Source: Basidiobolus meristosporus CBS 931.73
Lineage: Eukaryota > Fungi > Basidiobolomycota
DNA: 44,725 bases
Assembly (NCBI GenBank): GCA_002104905.1
Contig: MCFE01000690.1
Span: forward strand, 1-44,725
Direction of reading: 5' to 3'
Both the position numbers and the translations under genes were made by a program. The notes under the pieces are model-generated. The model saw nothing but the letters and a program-made list of their open reading frames with translations, did no database searches and was not told where the DNA came from. Below, piece by piece: positions 1-11,552 of this stretch; within the stretch, counting starts at the first letter, position 1, and each line of letters opens with the position of its first letter.

Positions 1-3000
1 TGCTTTGCAGCCTACCAGACAAGTATGAGCCACTCATACTTTCCTTTGAAAGCAGTGAAGACAACTTGACTTTAGACTATGTCAAAGGAAGACTTCTCCA
101 TGAAGAACTCAGACATAATGATCAAGCAGAGAAAATCAAAGCTAAAGCTTCATTCATTTCAGAAAGGCACTCAGAAACAAAGGGAAAACAACAAAACCAA
201 AGAAAACCTGGTTGCTGTAACTATTGTAAAAAGCCAGGACACTGGGCAAGAGAATGCAAGAAGAAACAAGCAGATGAAAAACAGAAACTAGAGCAGGCAA
301 ATCATATAACTACTTATGAAGAGTTATTTGTAACCATACAAGAGAGTTCAAGTAACCAAAGTAATGAATGGTATATTGACTCTGGAGCATCACAGCATAT
401 CTGTGGTATAAAGGAGTGGTTCAGCAACTTGAAAACTATTCCCGTAAGAAAAGTTTATCTGGGAGATAACTCTGCTCTGGCAGCTACCACAAGTGGGTAT
501 ATACAACTAAATATGAGCAATAACTCAGGGGCAACTGCAGCAAGACTCACTGACATATGCTATGTACCTGGAATAGCTAAGAACTTACCCTCAGTCAGTA
601 AAGCAACTGCTCAGGGACTGAAATTTGCTTTTACTAAGATGCGCTGCTCAATATTGAGTGAGAATGGACATAAATTAGCTTTGGGAATCAGAGATCATAA
701 TATATACAAGTTACAATGCAAGATCATTGTACCTGAGTATGTCAACATTGCTGATACTTATGAAACCAACTGGGAGACGTGGCATAGGAGGCTAGGACAC
801 ATTGGGGAACACAAAATGAGCCAATTGGTGAAAAATCAGCTTGTTTTGGGCCTAAAAAACTCAGTTCTGATGAAATGGAATGTTTGTAAGGGATGTTCAT
901 ATGACAAACAAGCTAGGCAATGTTTCAAGAGCTCTGAAGGCATCAATACCACCAAAATAATGACAATTGTACACTTAGTCATATGTGGCCCCATGAGAAC
1001 ACTGTCTTTTGGAGCCAAGAGATACTTTATGACGTTTGTTGATGACAAAACAAGATATACATGGGTGTACTTCCTCAAAACAAAGGATGAAGCTATAGAG
1101 ACATTAAAGCACTTCAAGAACCTGGCAGAAACACAAATTGAATGTAAATTGAAGGTACTACAAAGTAACAATGGAGGAGAATACTGCTCAAAAGGGTTTG
1201 CAAAATACTGCTTGTCTACTGATATACTTCAGCAGACCACAGTTCCTCATACTCCACAGCAAAATGGAGTAGCAGAACGTGCAAATAGAACAATAGTAGA
1301 GATGGGAAGATCTATGCTACATGATAAGGGAATGGACTGCAAGTTCTGGGCTGAATCTGTTGCTATCACAGTATACATCAAGAACAGATGCCAAACAACA
1401 GCACCACAAGATTCCACACCCTTTGAAGCATATACAGGCAAAAAACAAGATCTCCAGCACCTCAAAATCTTTGGCAGTGATGTTTTTTATCATATCCCTT
1501 ACAAAAAACGCTCAAAGTTGGAACCAAAGAGTAGGAAAGGGGTTTCCTTGGGTATTGTGAAGATACTAAAGGGTATAGGGTGCATGATGGCAAAATTCAG
1601 AAGCTGATCAAGAGCAGGGACGTTGTATTTGAGGAGAATTCAGATCAGAAAGCCACAGATATCATTGGCCAGCTGCGTGATGATGCAATCAACAATAATG
1701 AAGAAGATACGTAACAAATCCAGCCAGATACAGAGAATACTTCTACCAGTTCCAGATCAGAACAGATTATCGCAGTTAGGAGATCTACCAGAATAAGATA
1801 TGCCCTTGGATCCTGGTGGCAGACATCCAATGATCATGAAGAAGCTTATCTTACTTTATGTGCCAAACCTCAGAATCTGCAACATGCAATGCAAAGTCCA
1901 GATGCTACTAAGTGGCAAGATGACATGCAGGAGGAGTACCAATCACTGATCAAGGCAAAAATGTGGGAACTGGTAGATTTACTAAATGGGAGAAAGCCAA
2001 TAGCATGTAGATGGGTCTATAAGATCAAGACAACCTCAAATGGTGCTGTTGATAAGTACAAGGCTAGATTGGTGGCTAAAGGCTATTCCCAGATCCAGGA
2101 ACTAGACTTTGAGGAAACATTTGCTCCAGTTGCCAAGTTTAACTCCATTAGAACAGTTCTAGACCTGGCACCTGTACACAGTCTAGATCTTCACCAAATG
2201 GACATCAAAGCAGCCTTTCTGAATGGGGATTTGCAAGAAACTCTTTATATGGAGTAATCAGAAGGCTTTACCAATTCACAAGTACCCTGTAAGGTGTGCA
2301 AACTTAGAAAATCACTGTATGGGCTTAAGCAGGCACCTAGGGCATGGTATAACAGGATTGACACATATCTAGAGGATATTGAGTTCTCTTGTAGCACTGC
2401 AGATCACAGTATATATGTGAAACAGCTCAAACAGGGTGTGATCATCCTAGTTCTTTATGTGGACAACCCTATTATGACTACAAGTGACCAAGAGGCACTT
2501 AAACAGATGAAATCAGATCTCTTAAGCAAGTCTGAGATGAAAGATCTTGGAAAATTGAGCTATTTTCTTGGAATTGAGGTCAAATTTGACATACCTACAC
2601 AGAATCAGTCCAAGTACATCAGGAACATTCTTAGACGCTTCAAAATGGAAAATTGCAAACCTGCAGCTACCCCTATGGACAGTAACCTGAAATTAGGCAA
2701 ATCTCAGCCAGCTATAGATGAAAATGGCTCAAATATGGACCAAAACTTCCTCTATCAATCAATGGTTGGTAGCCTAATGTACTTGATGGTGTCTACATGT
2801 CCAGATAATGCAGTGGCAGTTGGAATAGTCAGTCAATTCATGCAGAGTTATGGATCATATTAAATTGCAGCAATTAAGCGGATTTTCAGATATCTACAAG
2901 GTACCATAAATATGGTACCAGAATACTCTGGAACAGCTAACAGGCAAAAATTTGATGGTTATGGTGATTCAGATTGAGGTAGGGATCTGATTGACAAACG

Positions 3001-3436
3001 CTCTACCTCAAGCTATGTATTTCTTTATGCTGGTGCAGCTATTCCTTGGAATTGCAAGAAACAACTAACTGTGGCCCTATCTACAACTGTAGCCAAATAT
3101 ATGGCTGCATGTCAAGCAACTAAGGAGGCTATATGGCTACAAAAATTATTCAAAGACTTAGGTTTTATTTCAGATGAACCAACATGTATTTAGAAGGATA
3201 ATCAAAGTTGTGTTTCATTAGCTAGAAATTCTACTAATCATGCCAGAACTAAGCACATTCATATACAGCATCACTTTGTGAGGAGAGCTGTAGAAAATAA
3301 CTTAGTAGAGTTAGTGTACTGCCCAACTAACACAATGGTGGAAGATATATTGACAAAACCACTAGCTAGGCCACAATTTGTGAATCTCAGAGAGGAATTC
3401 GGATTAGGAAATTATTTAGTTGAGGGGGAGTGTTGA
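1..3436 (+). pseudogene. copia A gag-pol, frameshifted, with premature stops
   Basis: ORFs 66-1607, 1889-2257 and 2294-2863 plus an RNase H remnant. Stops at 2255 and 2861, frameshift near 1540. The frame ends ...LGNYLVEGEC* across the PPT. Confidence 0.9.
3421..3430 (+). other. polypurine tract of copia A
   Basis: TGAGGGGGAG immediately before TGTTG. Confidence 0.8.
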
Positions 3437-3798
3437 AATATTGGACTATTTTGTATCATTCTGCAGCTAATTTTTACTTAACAATTCTGGACTAGTCTTG
3501 TTTACTGTGGGACTAATTTACAGCTCTAACTTTGTCACTTTCTTCAGATCTATGATCTTATGATTATTCCCCTATAGTCAGGATCAAATTAGCACCAATA
3601 ATAACTACTATGTACTAACCCTGAAACTGTTACAGAATGCTTCTGAATATTGAGAAACCCTCCTTACTTAGTGTTACAGCTGTATTACTTCTACAAAGGT
3701 ATAAATACTGAGCCTCTTTATTAGTAAGCAACAGTTCAACTATTATCACTATTTCTTGATAAGTTTCTTATATCCAAATCACTTCTTAAATTGCAACA
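3431..3798 (+). repeat. 3' LTR of copia A
   Basis: TGTTG...CAACA ends, follows the PPT, TATAAATA at 3700-3707; unrelated copia B sequence starts at 3799. The partner LTR is outside the window. Confidence 0.8.
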
Positions 3799-3989
3799 CT
3801 TCTGTCTACAGAGAACTTTATCCCTAAGTAATATCTGAGCTATCCTAAATTGGGCTTCTTGGACTCTTTAAAAGTATGGATTTAGTCTCTGCTGATGTTA
3901 CTAGGTTATTAGCAGCTATAATGGGATCATCCACATAGAGAGCTAATAGAACGGGACTTGCTTTACCTGACTAATAGTATATACTATTG
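3799..3989 (-). mobile_element. copia family B RT fragment (YVDD region)
   Basis: Reverse complement aligns to 14479-14670 and to the equivalent part of 36.9-37.1 kb (gttctattagctctctatgtggatgat). Confidence 0.85.
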
Positions 3990-3993
3990 AATA

Positions 3994-4466
3994 TTGAATA
4001 CAGTACAATGCTCTTGGAACTGGTGTTGCACATTCTGCTTGGCCTCAAGCTCCTGATGGTCCCACAGTATGCTGGCCTTAAGGTGTTGATATGCTTGACT
4101 TGTAACAGCCTGTCAAATATTAGCCTACACTTCATCACTGTACTCCATGGCTTTACATATCTTCAATGAATTTTTTTTAGGCTTTGGTGTAAATACTGCA
4201 ACTTCACCTTCCTATGCTGTGATTGGTGTCTCTGTGGGCTTTATTTTTGAGCACTGTTTTTGTGCTTCAAAGACTGTATGGAGTTCCTGTGCTGCTACAC
4301 TGGTATATACTCAATTCTTAGCTATGACATGGAGCTACTTGAGTTCATTCTTTGCAGCTAAGATAGTGCTTTCTCTACCTGAGATATTGATTGCTCTACA
4401 TATATTATCTGCTCATCCTGTCTCTGGACTATTTGCTTATTTCTCTGGCCTTTGCCTCTTTGCCTT
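3994..4466 (-). pseudogene. ORF-X fragment of the CACTA-like element
   Basis: Colinear with ~25440-25915. Confidence 0.8.
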
Positions 4467-4779
4467 TGTTATGATCTGTTGTGTGAATGTTCAAGTTAGA
4501 TCAGCTTTTAGTCAAATCAATTAGTTATATATTTAGGTTTTCAGTATATTGGTGTTATCTATCAAATCAGTAGCATAAGTCAGCAAATGAATCAGCAGAT
4601 CCTTATCTGACAGAAATAGATATATTTGGTAGGAGCTTATTAGGTGAAGATGATGCAATCAAATGAGTCATCAGCCACAGCCTAAATTAGGAAATACAGT
4701 TAGTCAGCAATTGATCTGGCAAAATGTATATAATGAGCTGCTGAAATCTAAATAAAGATTAGTTTCAAGTTTTAGTGAA
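4467..4779 (+). repeat. 5' LTR of E, 3' end deleted
   Basis: Matches the first ~310 bp of 7571-7940 up to tttagtgaa, then joins sequence just upstream of the protease. Confidence 0.85.
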
Positions 4780-7560
4780 GAAGACTCACAACTCACCTTC
4801 CATATGACAGAAGAATACCTATCCCAGATGACCTCAAACTCAGGAAAGCTATTATACTTGAATGGAGTAATCAATGGAGTACCTGCCAAGATCATGATTG
4901 ACTCAGGAGTGTTGCATAAGTACATGTCTCAGTAATTTGCTTTGAAAGCTGGAATCAACTTGGAACCCACCAAATCAACTTCAGTCTCAACAGCTGATGT
5001 GAGCTCTCACACAATCAACTGTATTACTTAGCCAGTAAGGATGATGATCAATGACTATGAAGTAGATCTACAGGCCTATATATTTGGGAGCTGCAAGTTT
5101 GACCTTATACTTGGGAAAACCTGGCTATTATGTTGTAATCCATCAATCAACTGCAGAACCCATGCTACTCAGATCCAGAAAGACAACAAGACCTATAAGC
5201 TATTACCTGCCAGACTGGATTTTAACTTGGTCAGTTCCAGTGTGTGTGAAACAAGTGAACTTAGCAAGATACAGCCCTGTAGAGCACTTAGAAAAGGCAC
5301 CCAGATGTTCCTCATGGCAGCATTACAGGAGGAATCCTTTACTCAAGTGCCCCAGAAGGTCCAGATTCTTTGAAGGAGTATTCAGATGTATTTCCTGAAG
5401 AGCTTGTAAGCCTACCACCAGTCAGAGATGTGGATCATGCCATTGAAGCAGGAGATAGCCCTTCAGTGAGTAAGACACCTTACAGAATGAGTCCATTGAA
5501 GTTGGAAGAGATGAAGGGACAAATAGATCAGTTACTGGAGCAAGGATATATTAGACCCAGCAAGTCACCTTGGGGAGCACCAGTACTTTTTGTGAAGAAG
5601 AAGGATGGAACACTTAGGATGTGCATTGACTACAGAGTCCTCAACTCAGTTACCGTGAAGAATTAGTACCCATACCTTGGATTCATGAGCTTGTTGACCA
5701 ACTCAATGGAGCCACTATTCTCCGCAAGATTGACCTCATATCAGGATACTACCAGATTGGGGTGAAGTCAGAAGACATTCCTAAGACAGTATTTGGGACC
5801 ACATATGGACATTAAAAGTACTCAGTCATGAATTTTTGCCTCACCAATGCGTCTGTAACATTCATGACCCTGATGCAGACTGTCTTCCAGGAGTACTTAG
5901 ACAAATTTGTCATAATCTACCTAGATGATATATTGATATATAGCAAGACAAAAAAGTATCACTTGGTGCACATTGAAAAGGTCCTGAAGAAGCTAAGGGA
6001 AAACAAGCTTTATGGCAAGCTACTCAAGTGTGAATTCTTCAAGGAACACGTAGAATATCTGGGACACATAGTGACTAGCACAGGAGTAACCTTAGACACT
6101 AAGAAGGTTGAAGTTATCAAGAATCTGAAGCAGCCCCAAAGCATATCAGAGCTTAGATCATTCCTTGGAATGGATTTCTATTATTGGAGATTTGTCAAGT
6201 ACTTTGCAAGTATTGCAGCCCCTTTAACTGATATACTCAAGAAAGACAATACCTATAAGTGGGACATAGCCTGTGAAACTGCCTTCCAGATGCTCAAGAA
6301 TGAACTTGCTAAGCTGCCAAGCTTAAGAAATCCTGACTTCAGAAAAGAGTTTACTCTGTGCACAGATGCTTCAGATTATGCAATTGGTGGAGTATTGAGC
6401 CAAGAACATAAGGGAAAGGACTACCCTGTTGCCTTTGCATCCAAGAAACTGAACTGAGCAGAGCAAAACTATCCAGTGCATGAGAAGGAGATGCTTGCTG
6501 TAATACACTGTGTGAAGACATGGAGATGCTATATTGAAGGAGTCAAATGTACTGTAAAGACTGATCATGCCTCCCTCAAGCTAGTGAAAACATGTCCAAA
6601 TTGCTAAATCAACCTAGGCCAACCACAGAGAATTGCTGAACTTTCTCCCTTGGAGCCTGTAAGACCATTTAAAAGATGGGGAACTGACTTTATTGGAAGA
6701 CTGTTAACTACCAGGAAATGCAACTGTTGGATCCTAGTAGCAATTGACCATGTCACTAAATGTCAATGGCTTATGCTGTACATATAGCCAGTGAACAAGA
6801 AGTTGCATGTTTTGTCTACCATGAGATCCTAATGAAGTTTGGATGCCCTGTGGAGATTCCATCTAATGGAGGTGCAAACTTTATGGCAAAGACATTGGAA
6901 GCTTACCTGGAAATGCAACACATCAAACACTTGAAAACCTTGGCATATCACCCCAGAACTAATGGAGTCACTGAACGGTTCAATGAATTATTTGGAAAAA
7001 TGCTGACCAAGTATGCAAATGGAGTTGTCAGTAGATGGGATGAGAATATAGACCAAGCACTCTTTGCATGCAGAGTCAGAGTACACAACACCACCCAGCA
7101 ATTGCCATTTTATTTAGTGTATGGATGTGAACCAAGGATTCCATAAGATTTCACACAACCAAAGCTCACAGACACCTTAGAAGATGAGCTCAGTCAGCCA
7201 AGTAGACACCAGCAACTGGAACAAAGACACCAAGAGGCACAGACCAGAGTATCTCCAAGTGCAGAAAAGATGAAGCAGATATTTGATAAGACTATAGGAC
7301 CAGAAGCATTGACAGTAAGGAAATTTGTATTGCTAAGAAACAACATTTGGATGAAGCTTGAGCCACAATGGACAGCACCATTCAAGATCATCAGAGAATG
7401 TCCATTTGCAACTTACCAGCGGGTGAACAAACAAGGCAATATCTGGGATGACCTAGTGCATAGGGACAGACTCAAGCTTGCAAGACTTGCTGCTAATACT
7501 GAACCATCAAGATATTGGTATCATAAGAAAAGAGATTCAGGTGAATCCTCTCAACTTTAG
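4780..7560 (+). pseudogene. gypsy E pol (PR-RT-RH-IN), no gag, no chromodomain
   Basis: ORF fragments 5041-5373, 5370-5666, 5828-6457, 6760-7146 and 7270-7560. Confidence 0.9.
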
Positions 7561-7570
7561 CTGGGGAGAA

Positions 7571-7940
7571 TGCTATGATCTGCCACTTGAATGTTTAAGT
7601 TAGATCAGTTTTTAGTCAAATCAGTTAGTTATATGTTTAGGTTATCAGTATATTGGTATTATCTATCGAATCAGTAGCATTAGTCAGCAAAGGAATCAGC
7701 AGATCCTTATCAGACAGAAATAGATATATTAGGCAGGAGCTTATTAGGTGATGATGATGATATCAAATGAGTCATCAGCCACAGCCTACATTAGGAAATA
7801 CAATTAGTCAGCAATTGATCTGGCAAAATGTATATAAGGAGCTGCTGGAATCTCAATAAAGATCAGTTTCAAGTTTTAGTGAATACAATACTAGCTAAAC
7901 TCTCTATTCCTTTACAACTCTTATACTAAGACTTGTAACA
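7571..7940 (+). repeat. 3' LTR of E
   Basis: TGCTA...TAACA ends, preceded by PPT GGGGAGAA (7563-7570). Confidence 0.88.
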
Positions 7941-8322
7941 CCATTATCCGCTACACCTAATTGCCTCATTAATGCTTTGGTATAAGCAGACAAAATACCT
8001 GCCAACAAAAGTGGTGGTGGTGTTACGACAGCTACTTGCCGGACTTCAACTAAAGGTACTACTTTTGCTATGTTCTCATCTGCCTCAGCATTATGGTCAA
8101 CTTGCAACTCTGCAGAGATTCCAAATTGAATACTTGACTGATAGCCCAAGGAGTCCACATTATTACCATCAGTGGGCACACTGTCCACAGGGCCTTTTTG
8201 TGTTTTAGCCATGCTTGCTCAACTGAATGTCCAAGCATGCTGTGGTCCAAATATTCTTGTGCTACTGTCTGCAGTGAGTTTGGTTGGGAACCTGACAACT
8301 ATGCTTTATATTTTGGTAGCAT
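7941..8322 (-). pseudogene. ORF-X N-terminal part
   Basis: MLPKYKA*LSGSQPN...KGPVDSVP matches MPPKNKAKLSGSQPN...KGPVDSVP starting at 26296. Confidence 0.8.
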
Positions 8323-8517
8323 ATACATGAAATTAAGTCAAACTAAAGTGGATATGGTGTCACATATACACATGTATGTGGTGCCAAGGCTTTATTCATA
8401 AAGCATACCATGACAGGTCATCATTATATCTTACATTCATGTAGTTGCAATGTCTCAAGTACAAGATTGTCTTAAATACTTTGAGTATTGACATAAAAGT
8501 GATATAATAGCATTACA

Positions 8518-8655
8518 TTGTTGGGTGTCCAACTGTTTGCCCTATGGACAAGACTACTTTTATTCAATACCATAAGAGAAGAGAATAAAGGACCATGTGG
8601 CTGTTGTAGCAGGCCTCTCATCCATGAAACATGTACACAGCATAGAATGTGTCAA
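8518..8655 (+). pseudogene. N-terminal fragment of the CACTA-like transposase
   Basis: Homologous to ~21770-21900, which runs on into the transposase remnant. Cys/His motif PCGCCSRPLIHETCTQH vs PCGFCNKLLNHEACRQH. Confidence 0.55.
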
Positions 8656-8657
8656 GC

Positions 8658-9531
8658 GGCACTGCAAAGTCTAGCATCTCATCTGCCAGTTTTTGCAATC
8701 AATTCTTGAAGTAGTCAAGTGCATTTTGTTGAGCACTGCTCTTGAAGAAGTGCTGCAACCTCTTGGTGTGCCTAGTAATGTTCCAAAATTCCACTGAAGG
8801 AATTGTGATAGTCTTTCAAGCTCTTGATGTTGTAGCCTTGACTGTCAGTGGGATCTCCACTCTGTCAACAATGGAGGATGTGGAGGCTGTGGCAGATAAA
8901 TTACATTTTTCTGCAAACTCATCTACCTTGCTGGAGTGTAGCTTAGCTGGCTGAGCCTCCAACTGATGTGAAAACAGCTGTTTTCTGGTTGGCAAATATT
9001 CTTGGCCATGATGGGATTCAGTCTGTTCTGGGCTGGTGGTGTCAATTGGCAAGAGTAGCAGTTTTTTTTGCATGCCTCCCTATCTGAGGCTTGCGTAGAT
9101 ATTTCTCCCTTTACCTTTTCCTTTGTCACTGCCAGGTCTTTCACTGCTACTCTGTCTGAGCGCTTCTTGTAATGAGCTACAATCTCTTTTGGCCTGCTTT
9201 TCCCTTGCTGGCACTCTTCTAGCAACTTGATGTTTCTTTCCCCCTTGTTTTAGCTCTCCACTCTAGTTGTGCTAGACTCCTGTAAGATCTACTAGTTTTT
9301 ATCACTGCCAGGTCATTTAATGCTACATCAACTGAGTGCTTCTTGAGTGGTACTACACTTTTTCCTTGGTTAATGCTGTGTTGGTGCATCTGTGTCTGCC
9401 TGCTTGTCCACAAATGTCACTCTTGCAGCTACTTGATGTCTCTTTGACACCTGTCTAGAGCTTTTGGCCCTGCTTGTAACAGGCTCTTGAGGAGGTGGCT
9501 GGTTTTTACCCACAGCATCCTTGTTCTTTTG
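8658..9531 (-). pseudogene. ORF-X C-terminal and repeat-region fragment
   Basis: Colinear with 24462-25366. Confidence 0.85.
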
Positions 9532-10382
9532 AAACTCAGGGAATAAACTTACAGATCCATCTTGCAATCCATCAAGTACCCAATTCAAAAGAAGTTTTTC
9601 CATCCATTTGATGTAAAAAGAACTTTTATTTGGCTGCAATATTCAATACTAATCTGACAGGATTTAACCTGGCTTCCAATGCAAAGGTCTTGGTGTAGTC
9701 AAGCCCTTTTATTTGATAGTACTCATTGGCTGCAAGTCATGCTTTGAGCGTTTCAGTTGTACCAATAGCCATATATTTTGGTTTGAAGACCCATTTCCAT
9801 GCAATTGATTTTTGGTTATTTGGTAATCTGACAAAGTCTCATGTATGATTTTCTATCAGGGCCTGATACTCTTCAGTCATTGCAGATATTCAAGACCTTG
9901 TTTGAGGGCTATTTAAGGCCTCTTTTGCAATCTTTGGCTACTCAATATGTACTGAATAGACAGTTGCTAAGTTTATACCCTCAATAATATAGTAATTTGG
10001 GCTATTTGTGGTCTGGTAGGATCTCCTGGCTTGTCAGAGTGTAATGAGCACTTTTGAGATATTCCTGGGCACTCATTCAAGTTAAATAATAATTGTAGTG
10101 GTCTCTGCACTAACAAGCTCTAATTGTTTTTCTCTGATTTGATCTCAACCATTGATGGATTTGCAATCAAAATTTTGTCTTTGCCTGATGTCACTTCTTG
10201 TAAAGTTGAATCTTATTCAAACAGCACATCCCTGGACTTGCTCAGCTTCTTTGCTTTGGTATTGTAGAATCCAAATGCTTTACTCTCATTGCAGTAGCCA
10301 AAAAATATGGTTTTTTCATTTTTTGGCTCAAGTTTTGACTGATACCTGGGCAGTTTCTTAGGATAAGTTGTGTACCCAAATA
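9524..10382 (-). mobile_element. copia B integrase-RT fragment
   Basis: Reverse complement aligns to ~13495-14312 and 14422-14468 (internal deletion of ~110 bp). Confidence 0.85.
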
Positions 10383-10575
10383 CAGGGAACTAGTCAAAAG
10401 CCTCTTATACATTGTTGTGATAAAAAATCATGACTAGGTTTTTATGAAATCTGGGGTGCAATTATTTTTCAAAGATCTCTGGATGGCGTACCAACAGGAT
10501 CAGTACCTCTTAGTCACAGGACTTTAACTTTGTGACAGCCTTTTGACATGATAATCTCAATAACTTTTCATAGGG
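10376..10575 (+). repeat. inverted copy of the ORF-X downstream region
   Basis: Matches the reverse complement of ~23895-24090 (gaaatctggggtgcaattatttttca...cagtacctct). Confidence 0.8.
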
Positions 10576-10620
10576 AGTATTCCTCACAAGTAATGCCTCC
10601 AAGGTCAGTTGGCTTTCAGC
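10575..10620 (+). repeat. 46-bp fragment of the family-C LTR
   Basis: gagtattcctcacaagtaatgcctccaaggtcagttggctttcagc matches 27933-27978 and the other two C LTRs with 2-3 mismatches. Confidence 0.85.
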
Positions 10621-10629
10621 AAGGGCCAT

Positions 10630-10975
10630 AACTGAGTGCTTCCTGTAGTGTACTTACTTTTCTCCTTGATGAATGCCACACTGGTGAGTCCATTTTTGCC
10701 TACTTGCCCAAAGCCAGCACTCTCCTAGCAACCTGATGCCTCTTTACCCTTTGTTTGGAACTTCCAGCCAGGATTGAGATGAGATCCTGAGAGATCTGTA
10801 TGTTTTTTCACTGTGAAGTCCTTCACTGCTACTGCAATTAAGTGCTTTTTTTATTGAACTACATGCCTCCTTGATATATGCTGCCTTGATGCATCTGTTT
10901 CTGCTTGCATGTTGTTTACTGGTGCTCTTCCAGCTACCAGACACTTCTTTGCTGCTTGTTTGGAGCTTACAGCCC
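10630..10975 (-). repeat. diverged ORF-X internal repeat units
   Basis: Two degenerate units resembling ~25000-25310. Confidence 0.6.
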
Positions 10976-11191
10976 TGTTGTGCATCAACATTTAAAAATC
11001 AGCCTATTTTACCCCATTAGAAATCTAGTACCCTGACTAATTTTTGCTAAACCACACATTCTAATCCCAGTTATGGTTTATTTTATCACTTCTCAGAGTC
11101 TATTTTCAGCTGTCACACCTGATCAATTTCATGTGGTCATTATGTCCTCAACTGATCTGCAAAGCATTTCAATGATAAGTCATCTGAGATC
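10976..11191 (+). repeat. D1 5' LTR, left part
   Basis: Matches the start of 35798-36495; ends in the AGATC target site. Confidence 0.88.
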
Positions 11192-11540
11192 TGTTGTAAA
11201 AATTTGTAAATCCACCTAAATATTCACCTAACTTAGTCACTTAGATCATTACCATGAGATCCTAGAGAATACTGACCAAATTCCTTGTTGAGACTTACTT
11301 AGAATATTTTCACCAAAATACTAGGTACCCAGAACATGAAAATTCTCAAAGTTATCCAAACAGCTCCAAACATTGCACACATATTCTTGGGACCTTTCTT
11401 AACCTATTCTATGTTTTTGTTATGCCAAGACCAGGTAAAAGTATAAGTACTACTTTTACATTTAATAAATCATTAAGTGAAAACCATATAATCTACTTGT
11501 TCTCCCAATCACGTCCAATATCTCCAAGACTCTTACAATA
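11192..11540 (+). repeat. B1 5' LTR
   Basis: Homologous to 15580-15925 and 37932-38280. Confidence 0.92.
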
Positions 11541-11552
11541 GGTTATGAGCCC
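11541..11552 (+). other. primer-binding site, internal (half) tRNAi-Met type
   Basis: GGTTATGAGCCC directly after the LTR, the copia/Ty5-type PBS complementary to the tRNAi-Met anticodon stem-loop. Confidence 0.85.

Larger units (their letters stand above)
1..3798 (+). mobile_element. Ty1/copia LTR retrotransposon, family A (decayed; 5' end outside window)
   Basis: Copia domain order: Gag knuckle CNYCKKPGHWAREC, protease WYIDSGASQH, integrase (TPQQNGVAERAN), RT (YKARLVAKGYSQ, VLYVDN), RNase H; then PPT and LTR. Confidence 0.95.
4467..7940 (+). mobile_element. Ty3/gypsy LTR retrotransposon, family E, internally deleted; inserted into ORF-X
   Basis: Matching LTRs, protease IMIDSG, RT (MCIDYR, IYLDDILIYS), RNase H TDASDYAIGGVL, integrase HPRTNGVTERFN. 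The ORF-X flanks are colinear. Possible imperfect 4-bp TSD CCTT/CCAT. Confidence 0.92.
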
